In this document: positions 31,762 to 40,799 of the stretch, piece after piece | How positions within the stretch are numbered: position 1 is the first letter of the stretch | How the letters are laid out: every line of letters starts with the position of its first letter | DNA from: Candidatus Omnitrophota bacterium | GTDB lineage: Bacteria; Omnitrophota; Omnitrophia; Omnitrophales; Aquincolibacteriaceae | Reading direction: 5' to 3' | DNA: 64,000 nucleotides | Assembly: GCA_903884815.1 (NCBI GenBank) | Contig: CAISGE010000023.1 | Span: 252-64,251 of the forward strand | Translations under genes and position numbers: made by a program | Notes under the pieces: generated by a model | What the model was told of the DNA's origin: nothing | Database searches by the model: none | Seen by the model: the letters and a program-made list of their open reading frames with translations, nothing else

Positions 31762-31786
31762 GCGCGCCCAGTTGAGCTATGGGCGC
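31762..31786. repeat. Partial duplicate of the tRNA-Arg 5' half (CCAGTTGAGCTATGGGCGC)
   Basis: A 19-21 bp copy of tRNA-Arg positions 1-20, located 175 bp away. It overlaps the last three codons and stop of the ROK kinase gene. Confidence 0.45.
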
Positions 31787-32706
31787 GTATTTTTAAATAC
31801 CAGGGCCAGGGCGCCGAAGTCTCCGGAGTGGCCGAGAAGGGGCGACAGAAGGATCTTCGTCGTGCGAAAGGCTTCGGGCCATGCGTGATCCTTCGCGCTC
31901 CGCGTCAGGGCCTTCCAATAAGTAGCGGGAGAGGACATAAAAACGCCGCCGCCGAGCACGATCGCTTCAGGATTCAGAATATTCATGAGATTGGCAAGAC
32001 CGATCCCGAGATAGTAAGCCCCTTTCAGATAGCTTTGGAGCGCGCGCCGGTCACCCGACCTCGCCGCCAATCCGACTTCTTTAGCTCCGGTAACTTTTTT
32101 TCCGGACATTTCACGGTAAAAAGAAGCGATCGCTGTGCCCGAGGCGTACGCCTCAAGACAGCCGCGGCCACCGCACTTACAAGATTTGCCTTCGGGTACC
32201 ACACCGATATGACCGATCTCCCCCGCCACGAATCCGGCCCCTTCATAGATCTGTCCATTCATCACAAGACCGCCACCGACGCCGGTACTGACCGTGATAT
32301 AAATAAAATCCTTCATCTTTTTTCCGGCGCCGAAAACGGCTTCCCCGAGAGCCGCGGCGTTGGCGTCATTGGCAATAAAAACAGGCAGTTTCAATTTTTG
32401 TTTGAGAAGCCTGCAGACGGGGACACCCTCCCAACCGGGAAGATTGGGGGAGCGAGGAAGAACCCCCTTTGTAGAGTTCACGGGACCGGGAACACCGATA
32501 CCGATACCGAGCATTTGATTTTTAGGGATATTGAATTCCCCGAGGATGGCTGCAACACTCGCCCCGATCTCTCGGAGGCAAGCTTTGCTCTCCCGACAGG
32601 TCCGCGTCAAAATCTTTTTCCGGACCAAAATCTTGCCGCTGGAGGTGCCCAAGGTAACGGAAATCTTGGTCCCACCGATATCAATACCAATGGCGTACTT
32701 GATCAA
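31777..32706 (-). CDS. ROK-family glucokinase
   Basis: GIDIGGT N-terminal ATPase motif and ROK zinc motif CKCGGRGCLE; 309 aa. Confidence 0.8.
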   Translation of the reverse strand: MIKYAIGIDIGGTKISVTLGTSSGKILVRKKILTRTCRESKACLREIGASVAAILGEFNIPKNQMLGIGIGVPGPVNSTKGVLPRSPNLPGWEGVPVCRLLKQKLKLPVFIANDANAAALGEAVFGAGKKMKDFIYITVSTGVGGGLVMNGQIYEGAGFVAGEIGHIGVVPEGKSCKCGGRGCLEAYASGTAIASFYREMSGKKVTGAKEVGLAARSGDRRALQSYLKGAYYLGIGLANLMNILNPEAIVLGGGVFMSSPATYWKALTRSAKDHAWPEAFRTTKILLSPLLGHSGDFGALALVFKNTRP

Positions 32707-32738
32707 GGAAGGCTCCCATCCTTTCGATGAAAAAAAGA

Positions 32739-32811
32739 TGGGCAGGGAGGGAATTGAACCCCCGACACAGGGATTTTCAGTCCCTTGCTCTACCGACTGA
32801 GCTACCTGCCC
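32739..32811 (-). tRNA. tRNA-Phe (anticodon GAA)
   Basis: GGGCAGGTAGCTCAGTCGGTAGAGC…; anticodon loop CTGAAAA, T-loop GGTTCAATTCC, discriminator A. Confidence 0.8.
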
Positions 32812-32919
32812 AAGAATGGGGATATGTTAGGCTGGAGAAAAAACTTTGTCGAGCTGTTTATCAACGCGGGTGGGATTATAAAGCAGCTTGGGCTAATGTC
32901 AAAGATTTTACTTTATCCT

Positions 32920-33363
32920 TCAATGGCCGGAGTGATAGGGCTGACCATGGAGAATAGTCAAGGTGCGATAGACCTGCTCAGTGGCAACGACCGCTGCGAG
33001 TTCGTGAGGAAGGGTCATAGGACCGAAACTCCAGGACAGCACGGGCGCCATCCTCGCCAGGTCCTGAGCGGTAAACCCGTCCGGCCCGCCGATCACAACC
33101 TGGAGTTCCTGCACCCCGGAGTTCATCACCTTTTGGAGTTCCCGTGCTAGGGCCTCCGAGCTAAGCGTCCGGCTCCCCTTCTCGCGCTCACAGACCCAGA
33201 GACAGGAGCGTTCCTTTGCCAAATAAGACCCCATCTCACACGGCATAAAATGTCCGATCCTTACGGCATAATCACTTGCAAGCGCATAAGCCTCCGGAGA
33301 TTTAAACGATTTCCGGGACGCCTTCGGCTCTTTGGTCCAGCCAAACGAGAATCGTATCTTCAT
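32920..33363 (-). CDS. rlmH: 23S rRNA (pseudouridine1915-N3)-methyltransferase RlmH (SPOUT)
   Basis: About 150 aa SPOUT fold with C-terminal LTLPHEL…EQ.YR motif. Start taken at MKIRFSF. Confidence 0.8.
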   Translation of the reverse strand: MKIRFSFGWTKEPKASRKSFKSPEAYALASDYAVRIGHFMPCEMGSYLAKERSCLWVCEREKGSRTLSSEALARELQKVMNSGVQELQVVIGGPDGFTAQDLARMAPVLSWSFGPMTLPHELAAVVATEQVYRTLTILHGQPYHSGH

Positions 33364-33428
33364 GATTTTGATTATAACTCCGGACAGGCACTTTGAATAT
33401 TTTTCTCTTCTCAAGCCCAATCCCAATC

Positions 33429-33486
33429 CTTATCAATTTCGATGAAGCTGAAATCGGAACCATTCTTGTCACCGTTATTAAAAAAA
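33429..33486. repeat. Conserved ~60-nt motif (copy 2) upstream of the SplB-like gene
   Basis: See the 28224-28280 entry. Confidence 0.4.
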
Positions 33487-33525
33487 GCGGAAGACAAGAA
33501 AGGAGGGAGCGGGTACGATGACGCC

Positions 33526-34677
33526 ATGGCCTCCCCAAAAACCGTGACAATCGAACGCATCTTTCTGGATCGCACCGCTAAGACAAGTCCCCTTACCCGA
33601 CGCATCTTGAAAGATCTCCCGCGCGTCCCGGTCACGATTGTCGCGGACAAAAAAGCATTCCTCCGAGACATCGGAAAGACATCGCTCAGCGCCGGCAAGA
33701 AGAGCCTTTGGATCACCCGCTTTAAAGGCAATTTTCTCAAACCCTGCCCCGCCACAGGGACCGATTACCTTTGCTGCGGCTACTGGGTCCTGAACGCTCA
33801 AACCCATTGTCCCCTCGACTGCACCTACTGCATTCTTCAAAACTATCTGAATGTTCCACTGATCACGGTCTATGTGAATACCGGAAATATTTCCCGTGAG
33901 ATCGACACACTGATCGAGGACCAGCCCAAACGACTATTTCGAATGGGCACCGGCGAATTGACGGACAGTCTGGCCTTCGATCCTGTCACCCATTTCAATG
34001 AACGCCTGATCCGCCACGCCCTGAAGAAAAAAATGATCCTCGAGATCAAAACCAAGACCGGCCTCGTGGATCATCTCCCGGACATCCGCAAAAGCAACAT
34101 CCTTATTTCGTGGTCCCTAAACCCCCAAGACTTCATCAAAACCCAGGAGTTTAAAAGTGCGCCGCTTGAGGCACGCCTGAAAGCGGCGTCACGCGCGGTC
34201 CAAAAAGGCTATCGTCTTGGCTTTCATTTCGATCCCCTTCTCCTCCTCCCGGGATGGGAGAAAAAATACAGCGAACTCCTTGAACAGTTGACCTCCAAAA
34301 TCCCGGAAAGTGAGGTGATGTGGATCAGCCTCGGAAGTCTCCGCTTTCCTCCGGCTCTCAAAAAAATGATCACGGAACGTTTCCCCAGTTCCGCAATCAC
34401 GGCGGCGGAATTCGTGAAGGGCCTCGATGGCAAGATGCGCTATTTCCGGCCTGAGAGGGTCAGACTCTACCGTCATGTCTACGCGGAGATCCGGAAAAAA
34501 TGGAAGGATGTTTTTATTTATTTCTGCATGGAGAACAGGACGGTGTGGGAAGAAGTGATGGGGTTTTCACCCGAGAAGAGCGATCACCTGGACTATCTCT
34601 TCCACGCAAACCTCGAAAAACGTTTCCCTGATCTGAAACTACCCACAGCAAAACAAACCTCGTACTTCCAAACTTAA
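33526..34677 (+). CDS. Radical SAM protein of the spore-photoproduct-lyase (SplB) family
   Basis: CPLDCTYC CxxxCxxC cluster preceded by LCCGYW. Start taken at MASPKT; the longer ORF start (33442) would run through the conserved 60-nt upstream motif. Confidence 0.6.
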   Translation: MASPKTVTIERIFLDRTAKTSPLTRRILKDLPRVPVTIVADKKAFLRDIGKTSLSAGKKSLWITRFKGNFLKPCPATGTDYLCCGYWVLNAQTHCPLDCTYCILQNYLNVPLITVYVNTGNISREIDTLIEDQPKRLFRMGTGELTDSLAFDPVTHFNERLIRHALKKKMILEIKTKTGLVDHLPDIRKSNILISWSLNPQDFIKTQEFKSAPLEARLKAASRAVQKGYRLGFHFDPLLLLPGWEKKYSELLEQLTSKIPESEVMWISLGSLRFPPALKKMITERFPSSAITAAEFVKGLDGKMRYFRPERVRLYRHVYAEIRKKWKDVFIYFCMENRTVWEEVMGFSPEKSDHLDYLFHANLEKRFPDLKLPTAKQTSYFQT

Positions 34678-35168
34678 CCCCCGAGAGGAGTTCCCCCGGC
34701 ACATCCTGCCGCAGCACCTAACCCGGTCACCAGAGCCCTCACCAAAATCCCCGTCTGGTCGATGCAGTAAGAATTGTTCCCTGTAGCCCCCGGCGTCGAA
34801 GGATTCGCTTCGATCGAGTAAGTCGTTCCGCTTGCATCGACGGTATAAGTAAAACCATAGCCGTGTTTGTTGACGGGATTCGTCCACGTACTATCGATAT
34901 AGCTCTGGTTGATGAGCGTGGCAATATCGGGTGAATAGTTCGGGGGATTCTGAAACGCGCGATACGATTCATTCGCGGTGCTAAAAGCCCGGAGATCTCC
35001 ACGCACCGCCCCTTCATTTGCATCCAGTCTGACCCGCATAAAATTCGGCACCCCGACCGCGACCAGGATCCCGAGGATCGCGACCACCACCATGATCTCA
35101 ACCAGGGTAAAGCCAGTTTCGCGGACCTGAATCGGGCGGATCGCAACTTGCTTTTTACTTTGCTTCAC
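34674..35168 (-). CDS. Type IV pilin (prepilin with N-terminal methylation motif)
   Basis: G|FTLVEIMVVVAILGIL class III signal with Glu+5 and a 19-aa leader. GTG start per the ORF track. Not linked to either pilus cluster. Confidence 0.7.
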   Translation of the reverse strand: MKQSKKQVAIRPIQVRETGFTLVEIMVVVAILGILVAVGVPNFMRVRLDANEGAVRGDLRAFSTANESYRAFQNPPNYSPDIATLINQSYIDSTWTNPVNKHGYGFTYTVDASGTTYSIEANPSTPGATGNNSYCIDQTGILVRALVTGLGAAAGCAGGTPLGG

Positions 35169-35226
35169 ACAATATCCCTCGAACTGGTTAAAAAGAAAAA
35201 ACTACGCCTGCCCGCAGGAGACATCG

Positions 35227-35655
35227 CTATTTCCCCAGAAGTGATCGGGCAAGACATTTCAAAACATCGATCTGCGTGACGATCCCCACAAGCACCCCAT
35301 CACGGCCGACGATCGGAACGCAGCCGAACTTGTCCCGGACCATGATATCGACCACATGACCCAGGGTGTCTTCGGGACTCAGGACAACGGGGTCCTTCGA
35401 CATCACATGCTTCAGGATGAACCGGTCCATTTGCTCTCTGTCAAAGACATCCCCCTCTTCGGTTTTCCGAGGCAACACACAGCGGAAAAGATCCCGAAGG
35501 GTGAACATCCCCACCACGCGCTTCTGGCTATCCACGACGGGAAGATGCCGGATCCCATGATGCCGGAACTTTGCCTCGACCGCGCTGAGAGGCTCCTCCA
35601 TACCGGCCGAGAACACTTTCGTTACCATGATCTCTTTAAGAAGGGGATTTTTCAT
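35227..35655 (-). CDS. CBS-domain pair protein
   Basis: Two CBS motifs; 142 aa. Confidence 0.7.
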   Translation of the reverse strand: MKNPLLKEIMVTKVFSAGMEEPLSAVEAKFRHHGIRHLPVVDSQKRVVGMFTLRDLFRCVLPRKTEEGDVFDREQMDRFILKHVMSKDPVVLSPEDTLGHVVDIMVRDKFGCVPIVGRDGVLVGIVTQIDVLKCLARSLLGK

Positions 35656-37481
35656 GCCTTTTGGAGCTCGAATTTTGTCTCAAGGGTTTGCTGCATGAGC
35701 TTTTCGATCTGTTGGAGAAGCTCCCGAGCTGTTTTATTATTGGGATCGAGGCGAAGCACGTCTTCAAGCGCTTTTTTCGCTCCCTCGGGGTTCTGCATTC
35801 CAATATAAGCCATCGCCAGTCCGGTGTGACATTCCATATTGTTCCAGTCCTTCGCAATTCCCATCTGGAACTCCTGCTCTGCGGAAGAATAGCTCTTCAA
35901 CTGAAGCAGAATATGCCCGGTATTTTGATAGAATCGAGCCGCGGTCTTGTTATCTTTCGCATACCGCAATCCCTCTCGAAGCAGCGGAAGCGCCTGGTTA
36001 TAATCCCCCTTCTGCGTAAAAGCCACGGCCATGGTCCCATAAACATCGGCATCATCTTTCTGCGTCCGGAGGATCGTGGCCAACTCCGCGATGCAGTTGT
36101 CCCACTGGCCAAGTTCAAAATACATTTGTCCCAATCCCCTGAGACAATCCACGCTGGGACGGGCCGCGCAGGCGGCATTGAAGTGCTCCAGAGCTTTATC
36201 GGTCCGTTTAGTCTGATAATAGATCTTGGCCAGATAATTATGCGCCCGGACATTTTCCTCAGTGCCGTTGGGCGCTTTTTGAAGAACGTGCTCCAGATAG
36301 CGCTGGCTTTCCCCAAAACGCTTGGCCTCATAATAGGCGACCCCCAATTCCACGAGCAAACTTACATTGTCAGGATCCTGATAGAGAAGCGTTTCAAAAC
36401 CCCGGATCGCCTCGTTCACCTGCCCCATCTTTAGCTGGATCGAGGCAAGTTCCCGTTTGATATTTTTATTTTTGGGATCCAGCACCTGCGCCCGCGAATA
36501 GGCATTCTGCGCCGAGCTCAGATTATTCTGGGATTCAAAAACCTCGCCCAGCGCCATCAAGGCGTTGAGCTGCTCCGGTTTTTGGCTCGGGAAACGGTAT
36601 CCTTGAACGGCCTGTGTCAATTGCTTGACGGCGTTCGCCTGATCCCCCAACTGATAATAGACCATCCCGAGATCGTAATGGATGCGCGGGTATCCCGGCA
36701 AGATCGCCTCGGCCTTTTTCCATACATTGAGCGTATCCTGATACTGTTTGAGATTCAGATAAAGAACGCCGACCATATAATAAAAATCAAAAGGTTGGTC
36801 CTTCACCGCCAATTTCAGGTAAGACCCCAGAAGACGCTGGATCGAGATTTTGGGCAACGCTTCGACACCGCGACGGAAATCGATTGACCGTGTCCCCATG
36901 ATAATGTCATTGTTTTCCTCATCGAACCGCGACGGGATCTGTTTTCCGATCACAGGGAACATGATGCTGTAAGGGTCTTTCGTGTGAACGGCCCCGAACA
37001 AATGGCCCAGCTCATGCGTCAGCACGGTCTGTTCCTGAATACGGTAAAGCCGGTCCATGGGATAGCGCAGGACGAGATAGCCGGAAAGTATCCGGGCTTG
37101 CCCAATAGTATCGGGATCACGGACCGCAGCCCGTGCCGAACCTTTAACGCTCGTCAGACCGATCACAATATCAACATCGTCCTGGGGAAATTTGGAACGA
37201 AGATCTTCCAGAAGGACACGAGGCTCATCACTCTCTTGGACGCCCGACCATAGTTTATACCTCACCGGAACCAGCTGGATCTTGAATTCACTTTCAAAGA
37301 TTTTCGAGGCATAGGTCAAACGCTGCTGGAACTCGGACTTCCAATTCGGCTGTGTCTTGAATCCCGCCGACACGGCGATCTCCACCCGGACCTTCCGGAG
37401 CGCAATAGCTGCCTGAGCGGGACGACTCCAGGATCCGCAGGCCACGACAAAAACCAGAAGAATAGTCAGCGTCTTTTTCAT
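35652..37481 (-). CDS. Secreted metzincin-like zinc protease domain fused to a long TPR array
   Basis: Signal peptide, HELGHLFGAVH (HExxHxxGxxH) followed by the Met-turn SIMFP, then more than 10 TPR repeats. Confidence 0.55.
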   Translation of the reverse strand: MKKTLTILLVFVVACGSWSRPAQAAIALRKVRVEIAVSAGFKTQPNWKSEFQQRLTYASKIFESEFKIQLVPVRYKLWSGVQESDEPRVLLEDLRSKFPQDDVDIVIGLTSVKGSARAAVRDPDTIGQARILSGYLVLRYPMDRLYRIQEQTVLTHELGHLFGAVHTKDPYSIMFPVIGKQIPSRFDEENNDIIMGTRSIDFRRGVEALPKISIQRLLGSYLKLAVKDQPFDFYYMVGVLYLNLKQYQDTLNVWKKAEAILPGYPRIHYDLGMVYYQLGDQANAVKQLTQAVQGYRFPSQKPEQLNALMALGEVFESQNNLSSAQNAYSRAQVLDPKNKNIKRELASIQLKMGQVNEAIRGFETLLYQDPDNVSLLVELGVAYYEAKRFGESQRYLEHVLQKAPNGTEENVRAHNYLAKIYYQTKRTDKALEHFNAACAARPSVDCLRGLGQMYFELGQWDNCIAELATILRTQKDDADVYGTMAVAFTQKGDYNQALPLLREGLRYAKDNKTAARFYQNTGHILLQLKSYSSAEQEFQMGIAKDWNNMECHTGLAMAYIGMQNPEGAKKALEDVLRLDPNNKTARELLQQIEKLMQQTLETKFELQKA

Positions 37482-38245
37482 GACCGCACACGGTTCGTGA
37501 AAAGCACCTGAAGCGCCATAAAAAAATCACGGGCCTTGATCTTCTTCCCTTCGCTGGCCGTCCGGCCGTTGTAAAGGATCGGCAGCTCCGTGATCCGTAT
37601 ATTCTTTTTGGCGAGTTTTGCCGTGATCTCGGGTTCAAAATCAAACCGACTGGCACTTAATTGAAGGGATTTCATGAGACCTGCCGGAATAATCTTGTAG
37701 CAGGTTTCCATATCGGTTAGGCGGGTCCTAAAAAGAAGATTGGTGAGCCAAGTCAGAAAGAGATTGGCCATATAGTTCGCGAGAGCCATCCCTAGAGGAC
37801 GGCGATTGCCGAGAAAGCGGCTCCCGTAGACTACCTCCGCCGAACCTTTGAGAAGAGGAGCCAAAAGACGTGGAAGCTCCGCGGGGTCATATTCAAAATC
37901 CGCATCCTGAACGACGATTACATCCCCCTGGGCCTGCTCCAAACCGCGCAAAATGCTATAACCTTTTCCACGGTTGACTTCGTTCCGCAGCACATGGATC
38001 CGGCCCATCGTATCCTGCTGATTTAAAAGCCGCGCGATTTCATAGGTCCTGTCGCGGCTGTGATCATCCACCAGAATGATTTCATACGGCACCGGAAAAG
38101 AAACCTTCAGGATCTTCTCGACCAATTGCTGCAAGGTCGGCGCTTCATTGTAGGCTGGGATAATGATCGATAGCTTTTCCATTGCTATGCTATATCGTCC
38201 TTTTTCAGAGGCACTAAACCCACAAAGACCGTTCTGTGGGACCAT
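37478..38245 (-). CDS. GT2 glycosyltransferase (polyprenol-phosphate sugar synthase, DPM1-like)
   Basis: IIIPAYNE and VDDHS(R)D motifs. 4-nt overlap with the upstream gene. Likely start at MEKLSIII (38182). Confidence 0.8.
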   Translation of the reverse strand: MVPQNGLCGFSASEKGRYSIAMEKLSIIIPAYNEAPTLQQLVEKILKVSFPVPYEIILVDDHSRDRTYEIARLLNQQDTMGRIHVLRNEVNRGKGYSILRGLEQAQGDVIVVQDADFEYDPAELPRLLAPLLKGSAEVVYGSRFLGNRRPLGMALANYMANLFLTWLTNLLFRTRLTDMETCYKIIPAGLMKSLQLSASRFDFEPEITAKLAKKNIRITELPILYNGRTASEGKKIKARDFFMALQVLFTNRVRS

Positions 38246-38299
38246 GCCTCGGATGCGTATTTTCCTGTTTCACTTTCTGGTATATACTACCCACCGCTT

Positions 38300-38773
38300 A
38301 TGCAAAACACAACTTCCGTCATCCCAAAACAGCCGCAATCCCTACTCGCCAGGATCCTCCACTTTTTCTTCTATGCGAGTCTTTTGGGGATCCTCTTTGT
38401 TTCAAAGCTCCCTTCCGCCACCGGCCCTATTCTAGTCTTTAAAAAAAATTTCCTGGCAGGAGCTGAATCTTTTTTTCGTTTTCAAGACCCGGGTCTCCCC
38501 TACGCAATATTCAAAACCGGTCTCGCCCGTACTGGAGGAACCGCAACCTTTCTCACCGATAGGCCTTACGATCCCAAGGACCCGGCCGTCGAGCAGCTTC
38601 AGGCCGCCCAAGGAAGTTTGGCGCCACTTCTCTTAAATCCTCTTCCGACCGAGAACAAGGCGTTCATCTTCTGCTCCCGGGAGGTGATTGCGCAGGCCCG
38701 GATGCAAGGAACCGGTTATCGGCCTGTCGTGATCCTGGCAGACGGAAAAATGATCGCGGAGAAAATAACGTGA
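38300..38773 (+). CDS. Hypothetical membrane protein
   Basis: One TM; no recognisable motifs. Confidence 0.3.
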   Translation: MQNTTSVIPKQPQSLLARILHFFFYASLLGILFVSKLPSATGPILVFKKNFLAGAESFFRFQDPGLPYAIFKTGLARTGGTATFLTDRPYDPKDPAVEQLQAAQGSLAPLLLNPLPTENKAFIFCSREVIAQARMQGTGYRPVVILADGKMIAEKIT

Positions 38774-40215
38774 ACGCTCTTGCGCCGCTCTTAATTCCCG
38801 CCTTGTTAGGCTATTTTACTCTGGCACTCTTGCTACGCCGCATACCTCTCCGCTGGAAACCCCTGTTTCTCCTGGCTGCCGCGATCCCCACGGGATTCGG
38901 GATCTGCTCCCTGATGCTCTTTTTTTCCTTGTGGGCCGTTCCTTCTAAGTCTATGGCCCTCTCTGTGTCTTCAGGTCTCGCTATCACCCTGTTGCTCGGA
39001 GGCTTTCTCTTGCGGCAATATTCCAAAAGAACATCCCCGGCTCCCTCCGCGGTCGAACTGATCCGCCAGAAATTCATCGCGAGTATGCCTAAGGACAGAG
39101 GAGCCATTTTAAAGTTTGTCCTATGGGTTATTAGTCTTTTGATTTTTCTCGTCACTCTGTGGAGCGTGATCCAGTTCTTTCTCCTTTCCGTATCCACCAA
39201 CATCACGGGAGGCTGGGACGCCCGTTATATGTGGCTACTCAAAGCCAAGTTCATGTTCCGTTCCCCCGAAGCGTGGCAGGACATGTTCTCCCCCCTCCTT
39301 TCATGGTCCCACACGGACTACCCGCTTCTTTGGCCGGGAACTCTTGCCTGGGGTTGGAACTGGATGGGCCAGGAATCCCTGCTTTGGCCCCCCTGGGCGT
39401 CTCTAGGCTTCTACCTCTCTTGCGCCATGATCTTGGTCTGGTATTTAGGGACCGAAGTCTCTCCTCTTGCTGGAGGATGGGGAGGAACTTTTTTCCTTCT
39501 TCTGATCCCTCCTCTTTTCTGGAGCATTCATCTCTACACCGATCTGCCGCTTGCTTTTTTTATAACGGCTGCGACCCTGCTACTGCTCGTCGCGCTTCGA
39601 TCAGGACACTCCCGACTTTTTCTGATATCGGGGTTGATGGCAGGGTTGGCAGCATGGACCAAGAACGAAGGGCTCCAATTCTGGGGAATTACCATTCTAC
39701 TGCTCGCGAGCATGAAAATTCTCAGCAAAAGAAGCGCGCCCCACGAACCCACTTTCCATCTTTCTCCGTTTTTATGGGGAAGCTGTTTACCGCTCGTCAC
39801 GGTTTTGATCTTTAAAATATTTTTTGGAAAAAGCGGCGAATACCTAGGCCCAGAACACTCGCTCGGAGACATCTTCGCGCGGATCTTCTCGGCAGGATCA
39901 GAGACCGGGTTGATCCTTCTCTCTTTCGTGAGGCATTGTGTGGATTTTGCGAGCTGGAAGGGACTTTGGATTTTCTTCTTCACGGCCTGCCTTGTGTTTT
40001 TTTTCAAAAAAAACAGGCGCCGCTATACCGGGATACTTCCCACCTTGGTAGCTTTGATCAACTTCGGTTACGTTACCGCTTTCCTCATATCTCCAGCCGA
40101 TCTGAATTGGCATCTCGGGACTGCCTTGGAGCGGCTTCTCATCCATACCGCCCCCCTGGCCCTTGTTTTCAGCTTTGAGATACTGACGTTCAGAAAGACT
40201 GCAATCCAGAAATAA
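38770..40215 (+). CDS. Polytopic membrane protein, probable GT-C-type glycosyltransferase
   Basis: 481 aa with about 11 TM helices and aromatic-rich periplasmic loops. Divergently paired with the DPM1-like GT2 gene. Family not firmly assigned. Confidence 0.35.
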   Translation: MNALAPLLIPALLGYFTLALLLRRIPLRWKPLFLLAAAIPTGFGICSLMLFFSLWAVPSKSMALSVSSGLAITLLLGGFLLRQYSKRTSPAPSAVELIRQKFIASMPKDRGAILKFVLWVISLLIFLVTLWSVIQFFLLSVSTNITGGWDARYMWLLKAKFMFRSPEAWQDMFSPLLSWSHTDYPLLWPGTLAWGWNWMGQESLLWPPWASLGFYLSCAMILVWYLGTEVSPLAGGWGGTFFLLLIPPLFWSIHLYTDLPLAFFITAATLLLLVALRSGHSRLFLISGLMAGLAAWTKNEGLQFWGITILLLASMKILSKRSAPHEPTFHLSPFLWGSCLPLVTVLIFKIFFGKSGEYLGPEHSLGDIFARIFSAGSETGLILLSFVRHCVDFASWKGLWIFFFTACLVFFFKKNRRRYTGILPTLVALINFGYVTAFLISPADLNWHLGTALERLLIHTAPLALVFSFEILTFRKTAIQK

Positions 40216-40283
40216 AAAACGGGCAGGCCGCCTTCAAAGCGACCTGCCCGCCTTTAAATGTCTATTTCTCTTCCGTCCTCTGG

Positions 40284-40763
40284 CTAAACCCCGCCGCGCG
40301 CGGCCAATTCGCGTCTCGTGCGATTCTCGTTAAATCCCGTCCGGCCCAGGGTCTTTAACGCCAGATCATCCTTGTTCTCTCCGTTGTAGAAATCATACTC
40401 CATTATCGCCAGGATCCTAAGCATCGTCGTAACGTCCAGATTGACGACCATGGGATTGGTCCGAAGCGTTTCATCGATCTTGCCTACATAAAAGTCTGCG
40501 TTGTTCAGGATCGCGCTATTATCCCTGTTCTTGATGAGCAGGATCACTCCCTCTGCCGCAGCTCTTTTCTCGGTCTGGTTCATTCGTTCCCACAATGACA
40601 TGTTCCGGCTCAATTGGTTCATCAACTCGGGGAAGGCTAAACCCACTCCCGGCTTGTCCTCAACAACACTCTTTCCCGCCCTGTTACTCAAAAAACCATA
40701 GCATAACCCGACGACCAAAACACCCGCCACAGCCAGTGCGGCCCATCCAATACGCTTATCCAT
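40284..40763 (-). CDS. Hypothetical N-terminally anchored protein
   Basis: 159 aa with one TM. Confidence 0.3.
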   Translation of the reverse strand: MDKRIGWAALAVAGVLVVGLCYGFLSNRAGKSVVEDKPGVGLAFPELMNQLSRNMSLWERMNQTEKRAAAEGVILLIKNRDNSAILNNADFYVGKIDETLRTNPMVVNLDVTTMLRILAIMEYDFYNGENKDDLALKTLGRTGFNENRTRRELAARGGV

Positions 40764-40799
40764 GTTCCTCCTTTTTTGAGGCCCTTGCCTCTGTTAAGA

